From an uncultured bacterium (GTDB taxonomy: Bacteria; Babelota; Babeliae; Babelales; Babelaceae), in the NCBI GenBank assembly GCA_963713855.1, contig OY970209.1:64001-128000 (forward strand): a stretch of DNA of 64,000 nucleotides. Reading direction: 5' to 3'. The notes below the pieces were generated by a model, which did not search any database, was not told where the DNA came from, and was given only the letters and a program-made list of their open reading frames with translations. The position numbers were made by a program, and so were the translations under genes. The stretch's first letter is position 1; each line of letters begins with the position of its first letter. Shown in pieces: positions 33,844 to 44,490 of the stretch.

Positions 33844-34815
33844 ATGGCACGCTCGTTATTAGAGCTTAGCAGAATTGGCATATCAGAGTATGAGCATTGG
33901 TCTTTACTTGCCAAATATTACAAAAATAGCGAAGTGCTTGTTACTGGCGGCGCAGGATTTATTGGCTCGCACGTGGTGAGTATTTTAGTAAAGCTTGGTG
34001 CACGTGTTACCATTCTTGACGATTTTTCCACTGGTTCATTGGCTAACGTCCAGTCTATACAAAATGCGCTAACTATTATTAACGGCAGTGTTACAGACTT
34101 TCAGAAATGCCTCGAGGCTTCACGGGGTAAAAAATATATTTTCCATCTTGCTGCAATTGTATCGGTTCCTGAGTCTTTTAATAATCCAGTAAAATGTAAT
34201 GCCGTCAACATTACGGGCACACTCAATATGCTCGAAGCTGCGCGCGTGCATAATGTACAAAGTTTCACTTTTACCTCCTCGTCATCTATTTATGGTAATC
34301 AAGAACGTATTTGCCAAGAGGAAGTTGCTGCAAATCCTACGTCACCCTACGGCTTTTCAAAACATCTTGGAGAACTATCTTGCCGCTATTACTCGGCCTA
34401 CCAAGGGCTTAAGACCGTTGTTTTACGTTACTTTAACGTATTTACCCATGGAAATACTGGACAATTAGGAAACGGTGTTATTGCTCAATTTAAAAAGCAA
34501 ATGGCGCTCAATGAACCAATTCTCATCTTTGGAAACGGTAAGCAGCGACGTGATTTCGTTCCCGTTGGAGCTGTGGCTCAAGCGACTTTGCTCTTAAATC
34601 TTCTTCCCCAAGAACACATCGGAGGCCAGAGCGTTAATATAGCTACTGGCACAAGCGCAACTATCTTAGACGTCTTTAATCAACTTCGCCTAGAATTTCC
34701 CTTTTACGACAAAGGTCCCGTCTATCAGCCCGCAAGGCCCGGAGACGTTTACGTATCGTTAGCAGATTGCACCAAATATAGAAACCTCGTCGAACTATGC
34801 AAACTCATTCTCTAG
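33844..34815 (+). CDS. NAD-dependent epimerase/dehydratase
   Basis: VTGGAGFIGSH, SPYGFSK (YxxxK), LRYFNV, RDFV. Confidence 0.9.
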   Translation: MARSLLELSRIGISEYEHWSLLAKYYKNSEVLVTGGAGFIGSHVVSILVKLGARVTILDDFSTGSLANVQSIQNALTIINGSVTDFQKCLEASRGKKYIFHLAAIVSVPESFNNPVKCNAVNITGTLNMLEAARVHNVQSFTFTSSSSIYGNQERICQEEVAANPTSPYGFSKHLGELSCRYYSAYQGLKTVVLRYFNVFTHGNTGQLGNGVIAQFKKQMALNEPILIFGNGKQRRDFVPVGAVAQATLLLNLLPQEHIGGQSVNIATGTSATILDVFNQLRLEFPFYDKGPVYQPARPGDVYVSLADCTKYRNLVELCKLIL

Positions 34816-34991
34816 GCGTAGCTACTTGATGCATTCGAACGAATTGGTGATCACTAAATAAAAGAGTGCTTTTTGAAAAAGAGCTCTGAACCGAACACTG
34901 CGATGTTGCCGCAGGGTATAATTAGCTCTCACCATTCTTTTATGATATACTTCATCGTATACACTTACCTTTTAAATACACATTCACACCC

Positions 34992-36110
34992 ATGGCCAAA
35001 AAAGATTATTACGAAATACTAGGAGTAAGCCGCAGCGCTACGGCAGATGAGATTAAAGCGTCGTATCGAAAACTTGCTCTTAAGTATCATCCTGATCGAA
35101 ATCCAGATAACAAGGAAGCCGAAGAAAAGTTTAAGGAAGCAACTGAAGCTTATGAGGTTCTCTCCGATGCTCAAAAAAGAGCACAGTATGACCAATTTGG
35201 CACCGCAGCTACTGGATTTACCGGTGAGTCTGCTGCCAATATGGAAGATATTTTTGAAGGTTTAAGCGGCCTTTTTGGAGACTTTTTTGGCGGTGGACCA
35301 CAACGACGCAAAAAAAGGACAGGTCCAACACCTAAAAGGGGTCATGATCTTTCAAAAGATGTTACCATAACACTTGAAGAGGCCTACAAAGGCACTAAAA
35401 AAGACATTACCTATTACCACTTTATTACTTGCGAAGCATGTAAGGGTAAGGGTATGCCTGCAGGTGCTTCGGCAACAATTTGCCCTAACTGCCAGGGAAC
35501 TGGTCAAACCACAATACGAGATGGCTTTTTTGCGTACAGTCAAACATGCGCCATGTGTGGAGGCGAAGGGTTTACCATACCCAACCCTTGCTCTACTTGT
35601 AAGGGACAGTCACGTATACAGCAATACGAAACACTTTCTGTAGCAATACCTAAAGGAATCTATGACGAAGCCGATTTACGATTGGCTGGCAAGGGCGATG
35701 CAGGCGTATTTGGGGGACCACCCGGAGACCTGTATCTGCGCGTGCACATAGCACCGCACCCTTATTTTAAGCGTGTTGCTGATGATATTGAATGTACCAT
35801 GACACTGACGTACCCGCAGCTTGTACTTGGGGCTCAGATGGAGATCAAAAATATCGATGGCGCTTCAGAAGCCTTTAAAGTGCCAGCTGGAACCGCTGTT
35901 AATGATAAAATTGTGCTTCAAGGCAAAGGATTTCCTAAGCTTCGTGGAAAGGGGCATGGTAATTTGATTATTAGCGTAACCTGTGATATTCCTAAAAAAC
36001 TGACTGCTGAAGCGGAGCAAAAATTACGCGAATATGCTGAATTGATAGGCACTAAAACGGCAAGCAGCAAAAACTCTATAGCAGGCTTTTTTAAAAAATT
36101 TTTGGGCTAA
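34992..36110 (+). CDS. dnaJ: Chaperone DnaJ
   Basis: J domain with HPD, four CxxCxGxG repeats, GDLY. Confidence 0.98.
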   Translation: MAKKDYYEILGVSRSATADEIKASYRKLALKYHPDRNPDNKEAEEKFKEATEAYEVLSDAQKRAQYDQFGTAATGFTGESAANMEDIFEGLSGLFGDFFGGGPQRRKKRTGPTPKRGHDLSKDVTITLEEAYKGTKKDITYYHFITCEACKGKGMPAGASATICPNCQGTGQTTIRDGFFAYSQTCAMCGGEGFTIPNPCSTCKGQSRIQQYETLSVAIPKGIYDEADLRLAGKGDAGVFGGPPGDLYLRVHIAPHPYFKRVADDIECTMTLTYPQLVLGAQMEIKNIDGASEAFKVPAGTAVNDKIVLQGKGFPKLRGKGHGNLIISVTCDIPKKLTAEAEQKLREYAELIGTKTASSKNSIAGFFKKFLG

Positions 36111-36136
36111 TTGACGCTGACGGAAAAAGGATACCA

Positions 36137-36559
36137 ATGGAGCACTTTATAAAAAGATTTATCTGTTCAAGCTCGTTACTTTTTGTAAGCATCGCAATCT
36201 TTTCACTCTATGCAAAAAATAGATCCTCCATAGATTATGAGACCACAGTCCCTGAGCTTTACTCCTTGAAAAATACCCTCGCCCAATTTTACGATAACTC
36301 AAGACAAAAGCTTGCCGAACTGTACGCAAAGGCATCAAGAACACGAACTACTATATGTCTTGAAACACATTACGAAAAGAAGCACTTTGACTGGGGCGTA
36401 TACAGAGAGCTCGAAGCAATCTCTTCAACATTAGAAGATATACAAAAGCGTTTTGAAGAGATCCAGCATGAAGTTAGGCAAGCGATGCAAACTCAATACC
36501 ATAACGAACCTGCAGCCGAACTTAAAAAAGAGGACCAAAGCTTTAAACCTAACGGTTAA
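36137..36559 (+). CDS. Hypothetical protein with N-terminal anchor
   Basis: 140 aa, AAGGA RBS. Confidence 0.6.
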   Translation: MEHFIKRFICSSSLLFVSIAIFSLYAKNRSSIDYETTVPELYSLKNTLAQFYDNSRQKLAELYAKASRTRTTICLETHYEKKHFDWGVYRELEAISSTLEDIQKRFEEIQHEVRQAMQTQYHNEPAAELKKEDQSFKPNG

Positions 36560-36608
36560 GTTCGGTTTTTAAACTGCTCCCCCACCCAAAGTCTTTAACT
36601 TTTAAGTC

Positions 36609-36686
36609 TGATTTTTATACATAAACCCCTAAATTAAACCTTGATTTTTCTGCGAAAAGAGTTCAATCTTAGTTTGATTTTTATGC
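36609..36686 (+). promoter_or_regulatory. Three 12-bp direct repeats at 33-bp spacing
   Basis: tgatttttatac 36609, tgatttttctgc 36642, tgatttttatgc 36675. Confidence 0.55.
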
Positions 36687-36697
36687 ACGATTTATGT

Positions 36698-37037
36698 ATG
36701 AAGCGAATTATAGATTATTTTCTTCTAGATTGGAAACACCGGGCAAACAGAAAACCTCTTATGGTTAGGGGAGCGCGACAAGTCGGAAAAACACATGCAG
36801 TTCGAGAACAAAGAGCAGGTAATTCCCATCGAGGTAAAAGCAGGGCCCAGTAAACGAATCAAAAGCATGCAAATATACCTTGACACCCACCCACATTCTC
36901 CTTACGGAATAAGGTTTTGGGCTTCTCAAAAGGAAATAAGTCAGAAAATAATTTCTTACCCCTTGTATGCTGTTATAAAGCCATTATGCGATAATAACAA
37001 GCACATGCTTCAGGCTATCCTACACCTTGCAGATTAA
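36698..37037 (+). pseudogene. Internally deleted AAA_14/DUF4143-type ATPase remnant
   Basis: RKPLMVRGARQVGKT (Walker A) joined out of frame to the family C-terminus VIPIEVKAG...PLYAV. Confidence 0.8.
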
Positions 37038-38131
37038 ACGTTCATACGTCTTTTTCTCATGCTTTTAACCGATGGGCCAATCTGGTTTTGCAAAGGCTGC
37101 AATGACTGTAACATATGGTAAAAAAACTCTTTATCTCCATTAGTTACAACTGCTTGCTCATGGGCTTCTGCAAGTGCTATTGGATATCCTTGTCCCTTAC
37201 ACGCCTGATCATAGACAATAGAGGTAACACTTTCCAAAAGCGCTGAGTCGAGAGCCACAAAAGCTGGTAACTCAACACGTGCTATCTCTTGGCCCGTATT
37301 AAGGTAATAAAAATAGGGTTCACTGCCTTTTGGATAGGAAGAACAGATGGGCGATTTGCTTTGAAAAAGCATAGATCGCATTCCTGGTTTTAAATAAAAA
37401 TGGGCTATGGCGGAGTCGCTTAAAGTGGCAAAATCGACAGCTTGACTCTGATGCGAAGCTACAGCTCTTAAAATGTTAACAAGGTCTCTACTTTTCGGAC
37501 AACTTATATAACCCACAAGTGGATACTTATTCTTGCAAAATTGATCCATCAAGCTAAACATGCCTTTTAGAAAATCAAGGGAAGGATTTGTAGCTTGTAG
37601 CGTAACAAGATGCCAAAAAATAAGAGAACCATCCACCATAAATAAGCAAGGATTTTTAGCCTTGTCAACAATGTTTTGCATCCACAAAAGGCCTGTACTG
37701 AGTTCTTTTTCACCTCGTTGCGCGTTCACTATTTCAGGGGTATATTCGCCTGAACCTTTTTCACCTTCAAACACAACGATCGGGTTAGAGTCGAATCTGA
37801 CTCTGCTTTCATACACGAGGTATTGAAGATGCACAATTCCCATGTTTAAAAGATAGCAGGAGGTTGCTTGATGCCTGTCAGGGTAGATCTGCGAACCGTC
37901 AACAGCAAGCACCTCATACCAAGATGGTTTTTCGATCCCTACGACAGCCCCCAAAAGCCCTTGCCACGAAGGACACGGTAGCCGTGAGCCTGAAACAACT
38001 GATTCAAGATCGATATTATATGCTGACTGATGCCAAAGTTCTTGCGCTAAAGCGTATTCGTTACTAACAATCTCTGATGCAGCCACATACCGCAATGATA
38101 GCTCTTTAATGATTTTAGTTCGATCTAACAT
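37034..38131 (-). CDS. nurA: NurA-family nuclease
   Basis: LAVDGSQIYPDRH, VDGSLIFW, EIARVELP, GYPIALAEAHEQAVV. Confidence 0.8.
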   Translation of the reverse strand: MLDRTKIIKELSLRYVAASEIVSNEYALAQELWHQSAYNIDLESVVSGSRLPCPSWQGLLGAVVGIEKPSWYEVLAVDGSQIYPDRHQATSCYLLNMGIVHLQYLVYESRVRFDSNPIVVFEGEKGSGEYTPEIVNAQRGEKELSTGLLWMQNIVDKAKNPCLFMVDGSLIFWHLVTLQATNPSLDFLKGMFSLMDQFCKNKYPLVGYISCPKSRDLVNILRAVASHQSQAVDFATLSDSAIAHFYLKPGMRSMLFQSKSPICSSYPKGSEPYFYYLNTGQEIARVELPAFVALDSALLESVTSIVYDQACKGQGYPIALAEAHEQAVVTNGDKEFFYHMLQSLQPLQNQIGPSVKSMRKRRMNV

Positions 38132-38498
38132 AATTTCGTATACCTTGCTTAAGCGCATGAAGGGCAACTAAGGCACATTCGAGTCGATTAGGCCCCAAGG
38201 TACTATTTCCTAAGGCGCACAATTTCTCTGAAGTAAGACCTAGTAGAGAATCAATGTTTTTTCCGAGTGCATATTCAGCCAAAAGAGAAGCAAATGCCTG
38301 ACTTATAATGCAGCCCTTGCCCTCTTGACGTATATCCATCAAAACCCCCTCTTTAATAGAGCCACTCATACATACTACATCTCCACAGGCTTGATGGGTC
38401 AGCTCTACGACAAAATGAGCACGCTCCAGAACGCCGGATAAGCGAGGATTATGATAATGATCCATTAAAAGCGGGTTATAAAGAGAAATAATTGCCAT
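38115..38498 (-). CDS. sufU: SufU/IscU-family Fe-S scaffold
   Basis: MDHYHNPR, CGD, GCIISQA, RLECA. Confidence 0.8.
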   Translation of the reverse strand: MAIISLYNPLLMDHYHNPRLSGVLERAHFVVELTHQACGDVVCMSGSIKEGVLMDIRQEGKGCIISQAFASLLAEYALGKNIDSLLGLTSEKLCALGNSTLGPNRLECALVALHALKQGIRNYVRSN

Positions 38499-38698
38499 AG
38501 GTAAAGTTAAAAACAAACATTTTAAAGAGTATACATCAACCAAAGATTATAAAACAATCAAAAGAGAAAAAGCGCCGAATAAATACGCATACACAGTATA
38601 AATGGAACAGATTAGAAATTAAAGTTGTTTTTGAGCTTCGCACGGTATTATACTGACTCGTGTAAAAAAATAATATTATTTAAATGGTAAAGATAGCC

Positions 38699-39583
38699 AT
38701 GAAAAATTGCCTAAAAAGCTTTAATCAGTTACTTTTTTTAGCCTACCTACTAAACCCGGTAACAGGATACCCTTTAGCGATTATCTGGGATTTAGGATAC
38801 ACCCTTCTAAAGCCCGATTCGCTCATGATAGCCAAAGTTATAGGGTATAATAATTGTTTGAGGATGTATCTTAAGCACGGAGACTTGACACAAGAATTGA
38901 TGGCTACAATACTGCGAGAAGCTCTCTGTCGTCCGGGCGAGAAAATAGACCCGTTTGGACCTTGTGACTTATCTGGTAAGCCGATGCCAAAACTTATGTG
39001 TGACTGGTTTGAAGGCAACCTTACTAATAAACAAGTTTTACACGAAGCACTACAGATGGCTAAAACCTACCGACATTTTAAAAGCCCTTTAGAAAAAGAG
39101 TGTTTTACAAAAATTATAACCTGGATGTTTACACCAAAGCTTCTTGCTGACAGCATGAAACCGATCAAAAGCATGGTCAGAGTGTTAAAAGCATGCGCCC
39201 AGGACCCAACTATTCAGCTTTACATACTTTCAAATTGGGACCCCGAGTCTTTCCTAGAAGTTTGCGATCTGCCTTCCACAAAAGCCGTTTTTAAACATTT
39301 TAAGCGCAAAAACATGTACATTTCGGGTCTTATTGGTTATATGAAACCCGATCCCCGTTTTTACAAATACCTACTCAAAGAAGCCCACCTTGACCCTAAA
39401 GAGAGCATTTTTGTAGACGACCAGGAGGAAAATATATGTGCAGCACGCCAATGCGGTATGCGAGCAATACATTATAAAGGTGACGCAGAAGAGGTTGAAA
39501 ATCAGCTTAAAAAATGGAAAGTATTACCTGGAACCCAGCTCGAAAAAAAGAAAAAGAGAGTAGGACAGGTAAAAGCAAGATGA
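38699..39583 (+). CDS. HAD-family hydrolase
   Basis: IIWDLGYTL, ILSNW, KPDPRFY, FVDDQEEN. Confidence 0.85.
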   Translation: MKNCLKSFNQLLFLAYLLNPVTGYPLAIIWDLGYTLLKPDSLMIAKVIGYNNCLRMYLKHGDLTQELMATILREALCRPGEKIDPFGPCDLSGKPMPKLMCDWFEGNLTNKQVLHEALQMAKTYRHFKSPLEKECFTKIITWMFTPKLLADSMKPIKSMVRVLKACAQDPTIQLYILSNWDPESFLEVCDLPSTKAVFKHFKRKNMYISGLIGYMKPDPRFYKYLLKEAHLDPKESIFVDDQEENICAARQCGMRAIHYKGDAEEVENQLKKWKVLPGTQLEKKKKRVGQVKAR

Positions 39584-39622
39584 ACATTCAGGAATCTTGT
39601 AGCAATGTTCACCGATTATTTA

Positions 39623-39652
39623 TTGACAAATATTTATATTTAATGCTAGTAT
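39623..39652 (+). promoter_or_regulatory. Putative sigma70 promoter
   Basis: TTGACA-18-TAGTAT with TG extension, upstream of ORF 39705. Confidence 0.5.
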
Positions 39653-39704
39653 TGATCAAAAATATGCCGTAAGAAGCTTTCATCTTACTAGCAGGAAAAT
39701 GTAA

Positions 39705-40529
39705 ATGTGGTTTGTAAAAAAAGGTCTAATCTTACTAATGTGTTGTACACTCTACCAAGTGTCCATAAATCAAACCTTAACGGAAAACAATAATCAGGAT
39801 GCTACTGCGCTGCAAGCATATTATAAAAACCTCTACGGATTTACAGAGCCTTCAGAAAAAACAAGAAAAGTATTCGACGAAATCATGGCTCAATCGCCTA
39901 TACAAATACCTCTTTTAGAATACCCTTCAAATGAAAATGAAAACCATACACGCTCCTTAGGGCCAAGTCAATTACGGGTCATAGTCATGCCCAATCTGAG
40001 CACCCTTGAAAAAGAGCATTTAGACTATGAGATTTTTGCTCTCTATCGCGAGCTTAATAAAATTATAAACTGGAACGGCATTAGCCTCGTTGGTGGTGTT
40101 TTGGGATTTTTTGGATCGTTACTCACATTACCTATAATTATAAACGCATTTCCCCATATTAGGCATGATATTAAGCACGCTTACGATTTAGCCCAACTTC
40201 ACATCATTTCACCCCGAGCTCTTTGGCGCATTGCATCGCCACTTCTACTTATCGGAGCCTATATTCTTTCAGTAACAGTGAGTAGTGCAATTTATCTGCA
40301 GTTACTCTTTATGCAACCGATCGAAACGGGACTCGATATTAACGCTTGCAAGCAACTTATTGCGGACGGCAAAACAGACATCCTTGAAAATGCGATTACT
40401 TACCTTAAAAATCATAAACCACATGAAAAAGAGCGAATCAGAAAATTGCAATTTTGTAAAGACAACGTAACTTTACCTATGTGGCAGTGGAAAAAAGGTA
40501 TGATGATGAATCATTCTGATGCTCTATAG
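39705..40529 (+). CDS. Hypothetical membrane protein
   Basis: 274 aa, signal peptide plus two TM segments. Confidence 0.6.
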   Translation: MWFVKKGLILLMCCTLYQVSINQTLTENNNQDATALQAYYKNLYGFTEPSEKTRKVFDEIMAQSPIQIPLLEYPSNENENHTRSLGPSQLRVIVMPNLSTLEKEHLDYEIFALYRELNKIINWNGISLVGGVLGFFGSLLTLPIIINAFPHIRHDIKHAYDLAQLHIISPRALWRIASPLLLIGAYILSVTVSSAIYLQLLFMQPIETGLDINACKQLIADGKTDILENAITYLKNHKPHEKERIRKLQFCKDNVTLPMWQWKKGMMMNHSDAL

Positions 40530-40739
40530 GTTTAACCGCGAAAACACCCTACCAGCCACCACCTCGGCCGCTCGTTCAGCATTTGCTCATTGTGCTCAGT
40601 GCTCGATAGAGTGCTTTTTCTCGAACATAATCCCTCTATTTCAAAGGAAATTCTCTAGAGCTGTATATCTATTTTGTTGCAAAATAGGCAATAAAATCGC
40701 TATACTTATTATGATATTACTTTAAATCAAGAGGTCTGT

Positions 40740-41315
40740 ATGCGTAAAATCAATCATTTTTATGCATTTTCGTTGATGTGTTTTTCTATTTTTAACGTTC
40801 TTTCAGGTCAAGTTAAAGCTAATGTACTTGAAGAAAAAGCTGAAAAGCTACGTGCAGATCTTAATATTGAGAAATTAGTAAAGGACACATTTTATGAAAG
40901 TCTTTTAAAGGATTTAGCAACAGAGGTTAATAGATTTGATCAAATCCATAAGGTGGTTCTAGAATTACCAGAACAAGACGATGACTCCGATACCATTGTA
41001 ACCGACTCAGATGAATTTGAAGAAGAATTACTCAAGCTACAAATTAAGATTTTTAAGCTTGCCATCGAAGTTCAGGATACTATTAATGATATTAACAATG
41101 CACTGGCGGAACGAATAAATGATGCTGTTGAAAAAATAAAGAAACAACCTTCAAAATACGTGACTCGAGATGACATACGTGCTCTTGTTCAACCGATATA
41201 TTTTCAAGTATTTTCTCTTGATATAGAAGGGCTTCATCATCTTAATGACAACTTAGAAGCAGCAATTAATGAGTATAATGATGTAGCTAAAAAATACCAT
41301 CGGGACGAATTATAA
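40740..41315 (+). CDS. Secreted acidic helical protein
   Basis: 191 aa, GAGG RBS, signal peptide. Confidence 0.65.
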   Translation: MRKINHFYAFSLMCFSIFNVLSGQVKANVLEEKAEKLRADLNIEKLVKDTFYESLLKDLATEVNRFDQIHKVVLELPEQDDDSDTIVTDSDEFEEELLKLQIKIFKLAIEVQDTINDINNALAERINDAVEKIKKQPSKYVTRDDIRALVQPIYFQVFSLDIEGLHHLNDNLEAAINEYNDVAKKYHRDEL

Positions 41316-41358
41316 AAGAAGTTTTATTTGTTCCAATGCATTGCTCTAGGCGTAAAGA

Positions 41359-42111
41359 TCAAGTTTTGATTGCGCGAAAACAAATGACCGAACTTTCTTT
41401 AGTCGGTCTTTCCAGAGTATAATCTCCGTAGATTTTTATCTCTTTAAAGCCGGCTTGCTCTAACAGTACTGCAAGCTCATAAATACCATACCAGCGCCAA
41501 GTGGCAGCAGCTTGTTCAACTTTGACAAGCTCATTGTGCTTATAGTGCTCAAATCGATACAACGCTTTTCTAAGCTGATGGACAGGATCATGCTTTAAGC
41601 TTTCATACCAGGTTATTGATAGCCCGGGCTCCAAAGGAATACCTTCTGCACGCACCTGCAAAACACCATCTTTGGTACGCTCGTGCCATGGCACAAAGAG
41701 TGATATAAGTACCTGTCCACCTGGAAGAAGGTGCTCGTAAAAGCGCTTTAAAGCCTCCACTGCTTGATCATACTCTGATATAAGCATAAAAGATGCTGAG
41801 GGTATATAGATCGTCGCGTACTGCTTTTTAATTGCTAAAGTTTGCATGTACTGCTCATATAAAACGGGCTTAAAGCCGCTTTTTTGAGCTTTCTCGCGAC
41901 ATAATAAAAGCATTTCTTTTGAAGCATCAACACCTTCAACGTCATAACCCCCTTTTAAAAAGTGCACCAAAAACTGACCCGTTCCACAAGCAAGCTCTAA
42001 TGAAGTACCCGGTACTACATCAAAAAAAGAGCGATAAAAAGAAAGCTCCTCGCTTGATGGCTCGAACAAAGTGTCATACAGTTTTGCAAAAATACCCTCG
42101 TAAAGTGTCAC
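41359..42111 (-). CDS. Class I SAM-dependent methyltransferase
   Basis: LELACGTG, GVDASKEML, HLLPGG. Confidence 0.9.
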   Translation of the reverse strand: MTLYEGIFAKLYDTLFEPSSEELSFYRSFFDVVPGTSLELACGTGQFLVHFLKGGYDVEGVDASKEMLLLCREKAQKSGFKPVLYEQYMQTLAIKKQYATIYIPSASFMLISEYDQAVEALKRFYEHLLPGGQVLISLFVPWHERTKDGVLQVRAEGIPLEPGLSITWYESLKHDPVHQLRKALYRFEHYKHNELVKVEQAAATWRWYGIYELAVLLEQAGFKEIKIYGDYTLERPTKESSVICFRAIKT

Positions 42112-43328
42112 GTTGTCAACCTTCCTAAAGCTTTAATAAGCTTAGAAACCTCTTCATGAGTTGAATAGAGATAAAAGCTTGCGCGAACGGAGGCCACAAT
42201 ACCACGTTTTCTATGAACTTCTTGAGCGCACTGCATACCGGCACGCACAGCAATACCCTCGGTATCCAAAAATGCCGCAACATCATGGGGATGTATTCCA
42301 TCCAGCGTAAAACTGACAAGATGGTCTTCATTCGCATCACTTAGCGGACCGAGAATCTGGGCACGAGGGAGCTTTAAGAGGGCCTCTTTTAACTCATTAC
42401 ATAAAGCACTTTCATGCTTTTTCAACCAAGCAAAATCGATTTGTTCTAAATATTCTAACGCTTTTCCATAAGCAATCACTTGAGCAGCACTTTGAGTGCC
42501 CGCTTCGTAAAGTCGGGGAAAGGGCTCGAACTGCATGCCTTGCTCTGACCACGAAGCAAGCATACCTCCACCAACTTGATGAGGATAGAGCTCGCTATGA
42601 AGTTTTGAAGACACATATAATATCCCCACGCCCTGTGGACCGAGCATCTTATGAGCAGAAAAGACCATAAAATCACACTTAAGGTCTGCAACATCAATCC
42701 TCTTATGGGGAACAAGTTGTGCAGCGTCGATAAGAACACGTGCTCCAACAGCGTGGACCATTTTAGTGACCTGCGTTAAAAATGAAACAGTGTCTTGGGC
42801 AATTGCTCCCAAGACATTAGAATATCCGGTTACGGCCAGAAGCTTCGTTTTAGGAGTTAGCAGTTTAGAAAGTTCAGAAAGAGCCAAATGACCTTCGTCA
42901 TTAAAGTCCCACCAACGTATAACGAGTTTTTTTTCTTGGGATAACAAAAGCCAAGGAAAGCTATTAGCTGAATGCTCAAGGCGTGAAAGTATGATCTCGT
43001 CACCTTCGCGCAACGCATGGGCAGCCCAACCAGAAGCTACAATGTTTATACTTTCTGTAGCGCTTTTGGTAAAAACAATTTCTTCGGGAAGCGCATTAAT
43101 AAACCGAGCGCATCTTTGACGAACATCTTCATACCGCTTTGTCGCTTTTTCTGCCAAAAAATACATACTTCGTTGCGTCGAAGCGTATTCATAGGCATAA
43201 AAATCATAAAGCTCGCGAATCACGCTTTCAGGTTTTTGGCTCGTTGTGGCGCTATCAAGATAAGCACAATGGGGATGCTTTTTAAAAAAAGGAAAGTCAC
43301 TGCGATAGGGATTCATACGAAAAACCAT
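42108..43328 (-). CDS. sufS: Cysteine desulfurase (SufS type)
   Basis: YLDSATTSQKP, DAAQ, FSAHKMLGP, EAGT, VRAGMQCA. Confidence 0.92.
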   Translation of the reverse strand: MVFRMNPYRSDFPFFKKHPHCAYLDSATTSQKPESVIRELYDFYAYEYASTQRSMYFLAEKATKRYEDVRQRCARFINALPEEIVFTKSATESINIVASGWAAHALREGDEIILSRLEHSANSFPWLLLSQEKKLVIRWWDFNDEGHLALSELSKLLTPKTKLLAVTGYSNVLGAIAQDTVSFLTQVTKMVHAVGARVLIDAAQLVPHKRIDVADLKCDFMVFSAHKMLGPQGVGILYVSSKLHSELYPHQVGGGMLASWSEQGMQFEPFPRLYEAGTQSAAQVIAYGKALEYLEQIDFAWLKKHESALCNELKEALLKLPRAQILGPLSDANEDHLVSFTLDGIHPHDVAAFLDTEGIAVRAGMQCAQEVHRKRGIVASVRASFYLYSTHEEVSKLIKALGRLTT

Positions 43329-44477
43329 TTATATGGCACGAGCAACCTCGGCAATAGACGTAATACCGCTTTCTATCTTATCGACAGCATCATGATGTAA
43401 ACTCAGCATACCATCTTTGAGCGCAGCATCATAGAGCCTATCGTGCAAAGCGTGCTTACTTAGCTCATAACGTAATGAAGGAGAAACTAATAGTATTTCA
43501 AAAATACCAGTCCGTCCCTTGTATCCACGCCCATAGCATTGGCTACACCCTTTAGCCCCATACGATTGCTTGACCTCTATGCGCAAATATGAAAGCACGG
43601 CTTTTTCAAGATCGGTAAGAAAAGTACTCATTTCTCTACAATTCGAGCATAATACTCTCACTAATCGCTGAGCAAGTATGCAAGTAACTGTCGCGTTTAT
43701 TAGGTAGGCCGGTACACCCATATCAAGAAGACGAATAAGAACGCTAGGCGCATCGTGAGTGTGTAGGGTGCTTAAAACAAGATGGCCTGTAAGCCCGGCT
43801 TGTAAAGCCACTTCGGCAGTTTCTGTATCACGTATTTCACCAACCATAATAATATCTGGGTCCTGCCGTAAAAGCGCGCGTATACCACGAGCAAAGGTAA
43901 AGCCAATCTCGGGGTGAATCTGTCCTTGCGTTACTCCCTCTATCGTATATTCTATAGGATCTTCAAGCGTTACAATATTTTTTTCAGCTGTTTTTAAAGC
44001 ATTTAAAAGAGCATAAAGAGTCGTCGTTTTTCCCGAGCCCGTAGGCCCGCAAACAAGAAAAAAACCAGTAGCTCTCATTAATTGTGAACTTAAGAGCGTG
44101 TACGCTCTTAAAGATAGGCCGAGTTCGGCTAGACTTTTAGCACCGCTAGAACGCTCCAGGATACGTATAACAACTTTTTCACCATATAAGCAGGGAAATG
44201 TAGCAACGCGTAAATCGAATACGCTGCCCTGCTTTTCATAAGAAAATTTACCGTCCTGGGGTAACCTTTTTTCAGCCGTATCTAAATATGAAAGCACTTT
44301 AATCCGAGCCACAATTTGTGAGGCCGCTTCAACCGGATACGAAATAGCTGCATACAAAAGACCATCGATTCTAAAACGAGCTTCAAGTCTCTGTAAGCCA
44401 GGCTCAAGATGAATATCCGAAGAGCGACTGGACAGAGCTTTATTGATGAGCTCATCCACAATCTCTATAGCAGACAT
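43329..44477 (-). CDS. GspE/PilB-family assembly ATPase (core domain only)
   Basis: SDIHLEP, RLPQDG, GPTGSGKTTT, LRQDPD, TGHLVLSTLH, CxxC pairs. Confidence 0.92.
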   Translation of the reverse strand: MSAIEIVDELINKALSSRSSDIHLEPGLQRLEARFRIDGLLYAAISYPVEAASQIVARIKVLSYLDTAEKRLPQDGKFSYEKQGSVFDLRVATFPCLYGEKVVIRILERSSGAKSLAELGLSLRAYTLLSSQLMRATGFFLVCGPTGSGKTTTLYALLNALKTAEKNIVTLEDPIEYTIEGVTQGQIHPEIGFTFARGIRALLRQDPDIIMVGEIRDTETAEVALQAGLTGHLVLSTLHTHDAPSVLIRLLDMGVPAYLINATVTCILAQRLVRVLCSNCREMSTFLTDLEKAVLSYLRIEVKQSYGAKGCSQCYGRGYKGRTGIFEILLVSPSLRYELSKHALHDRLYDAALKDGMLSLHHDAVDKIESGITSIAEVARAI

Positions 44478-44490
44478 TCAATCACCCAAC

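Noticed and set aside
34846..34945. CIRCE operator upstream of dnaJ
   Set aside because: Only unpaired half-site look-alikes (gagtgct, ttagctctc) in the wrong order and spacing
36698..38131. ATPase plus NurA as a defence or HerA-NurA system
   Set aside because: The genes are convergent and the ATPase is a non-HerA remnant
43329..44477. Complete type II secretion or type IV pilus locus
   Set aside because: Only the ATPase is present; no recognisable platform, pilin or secretin genes nearby
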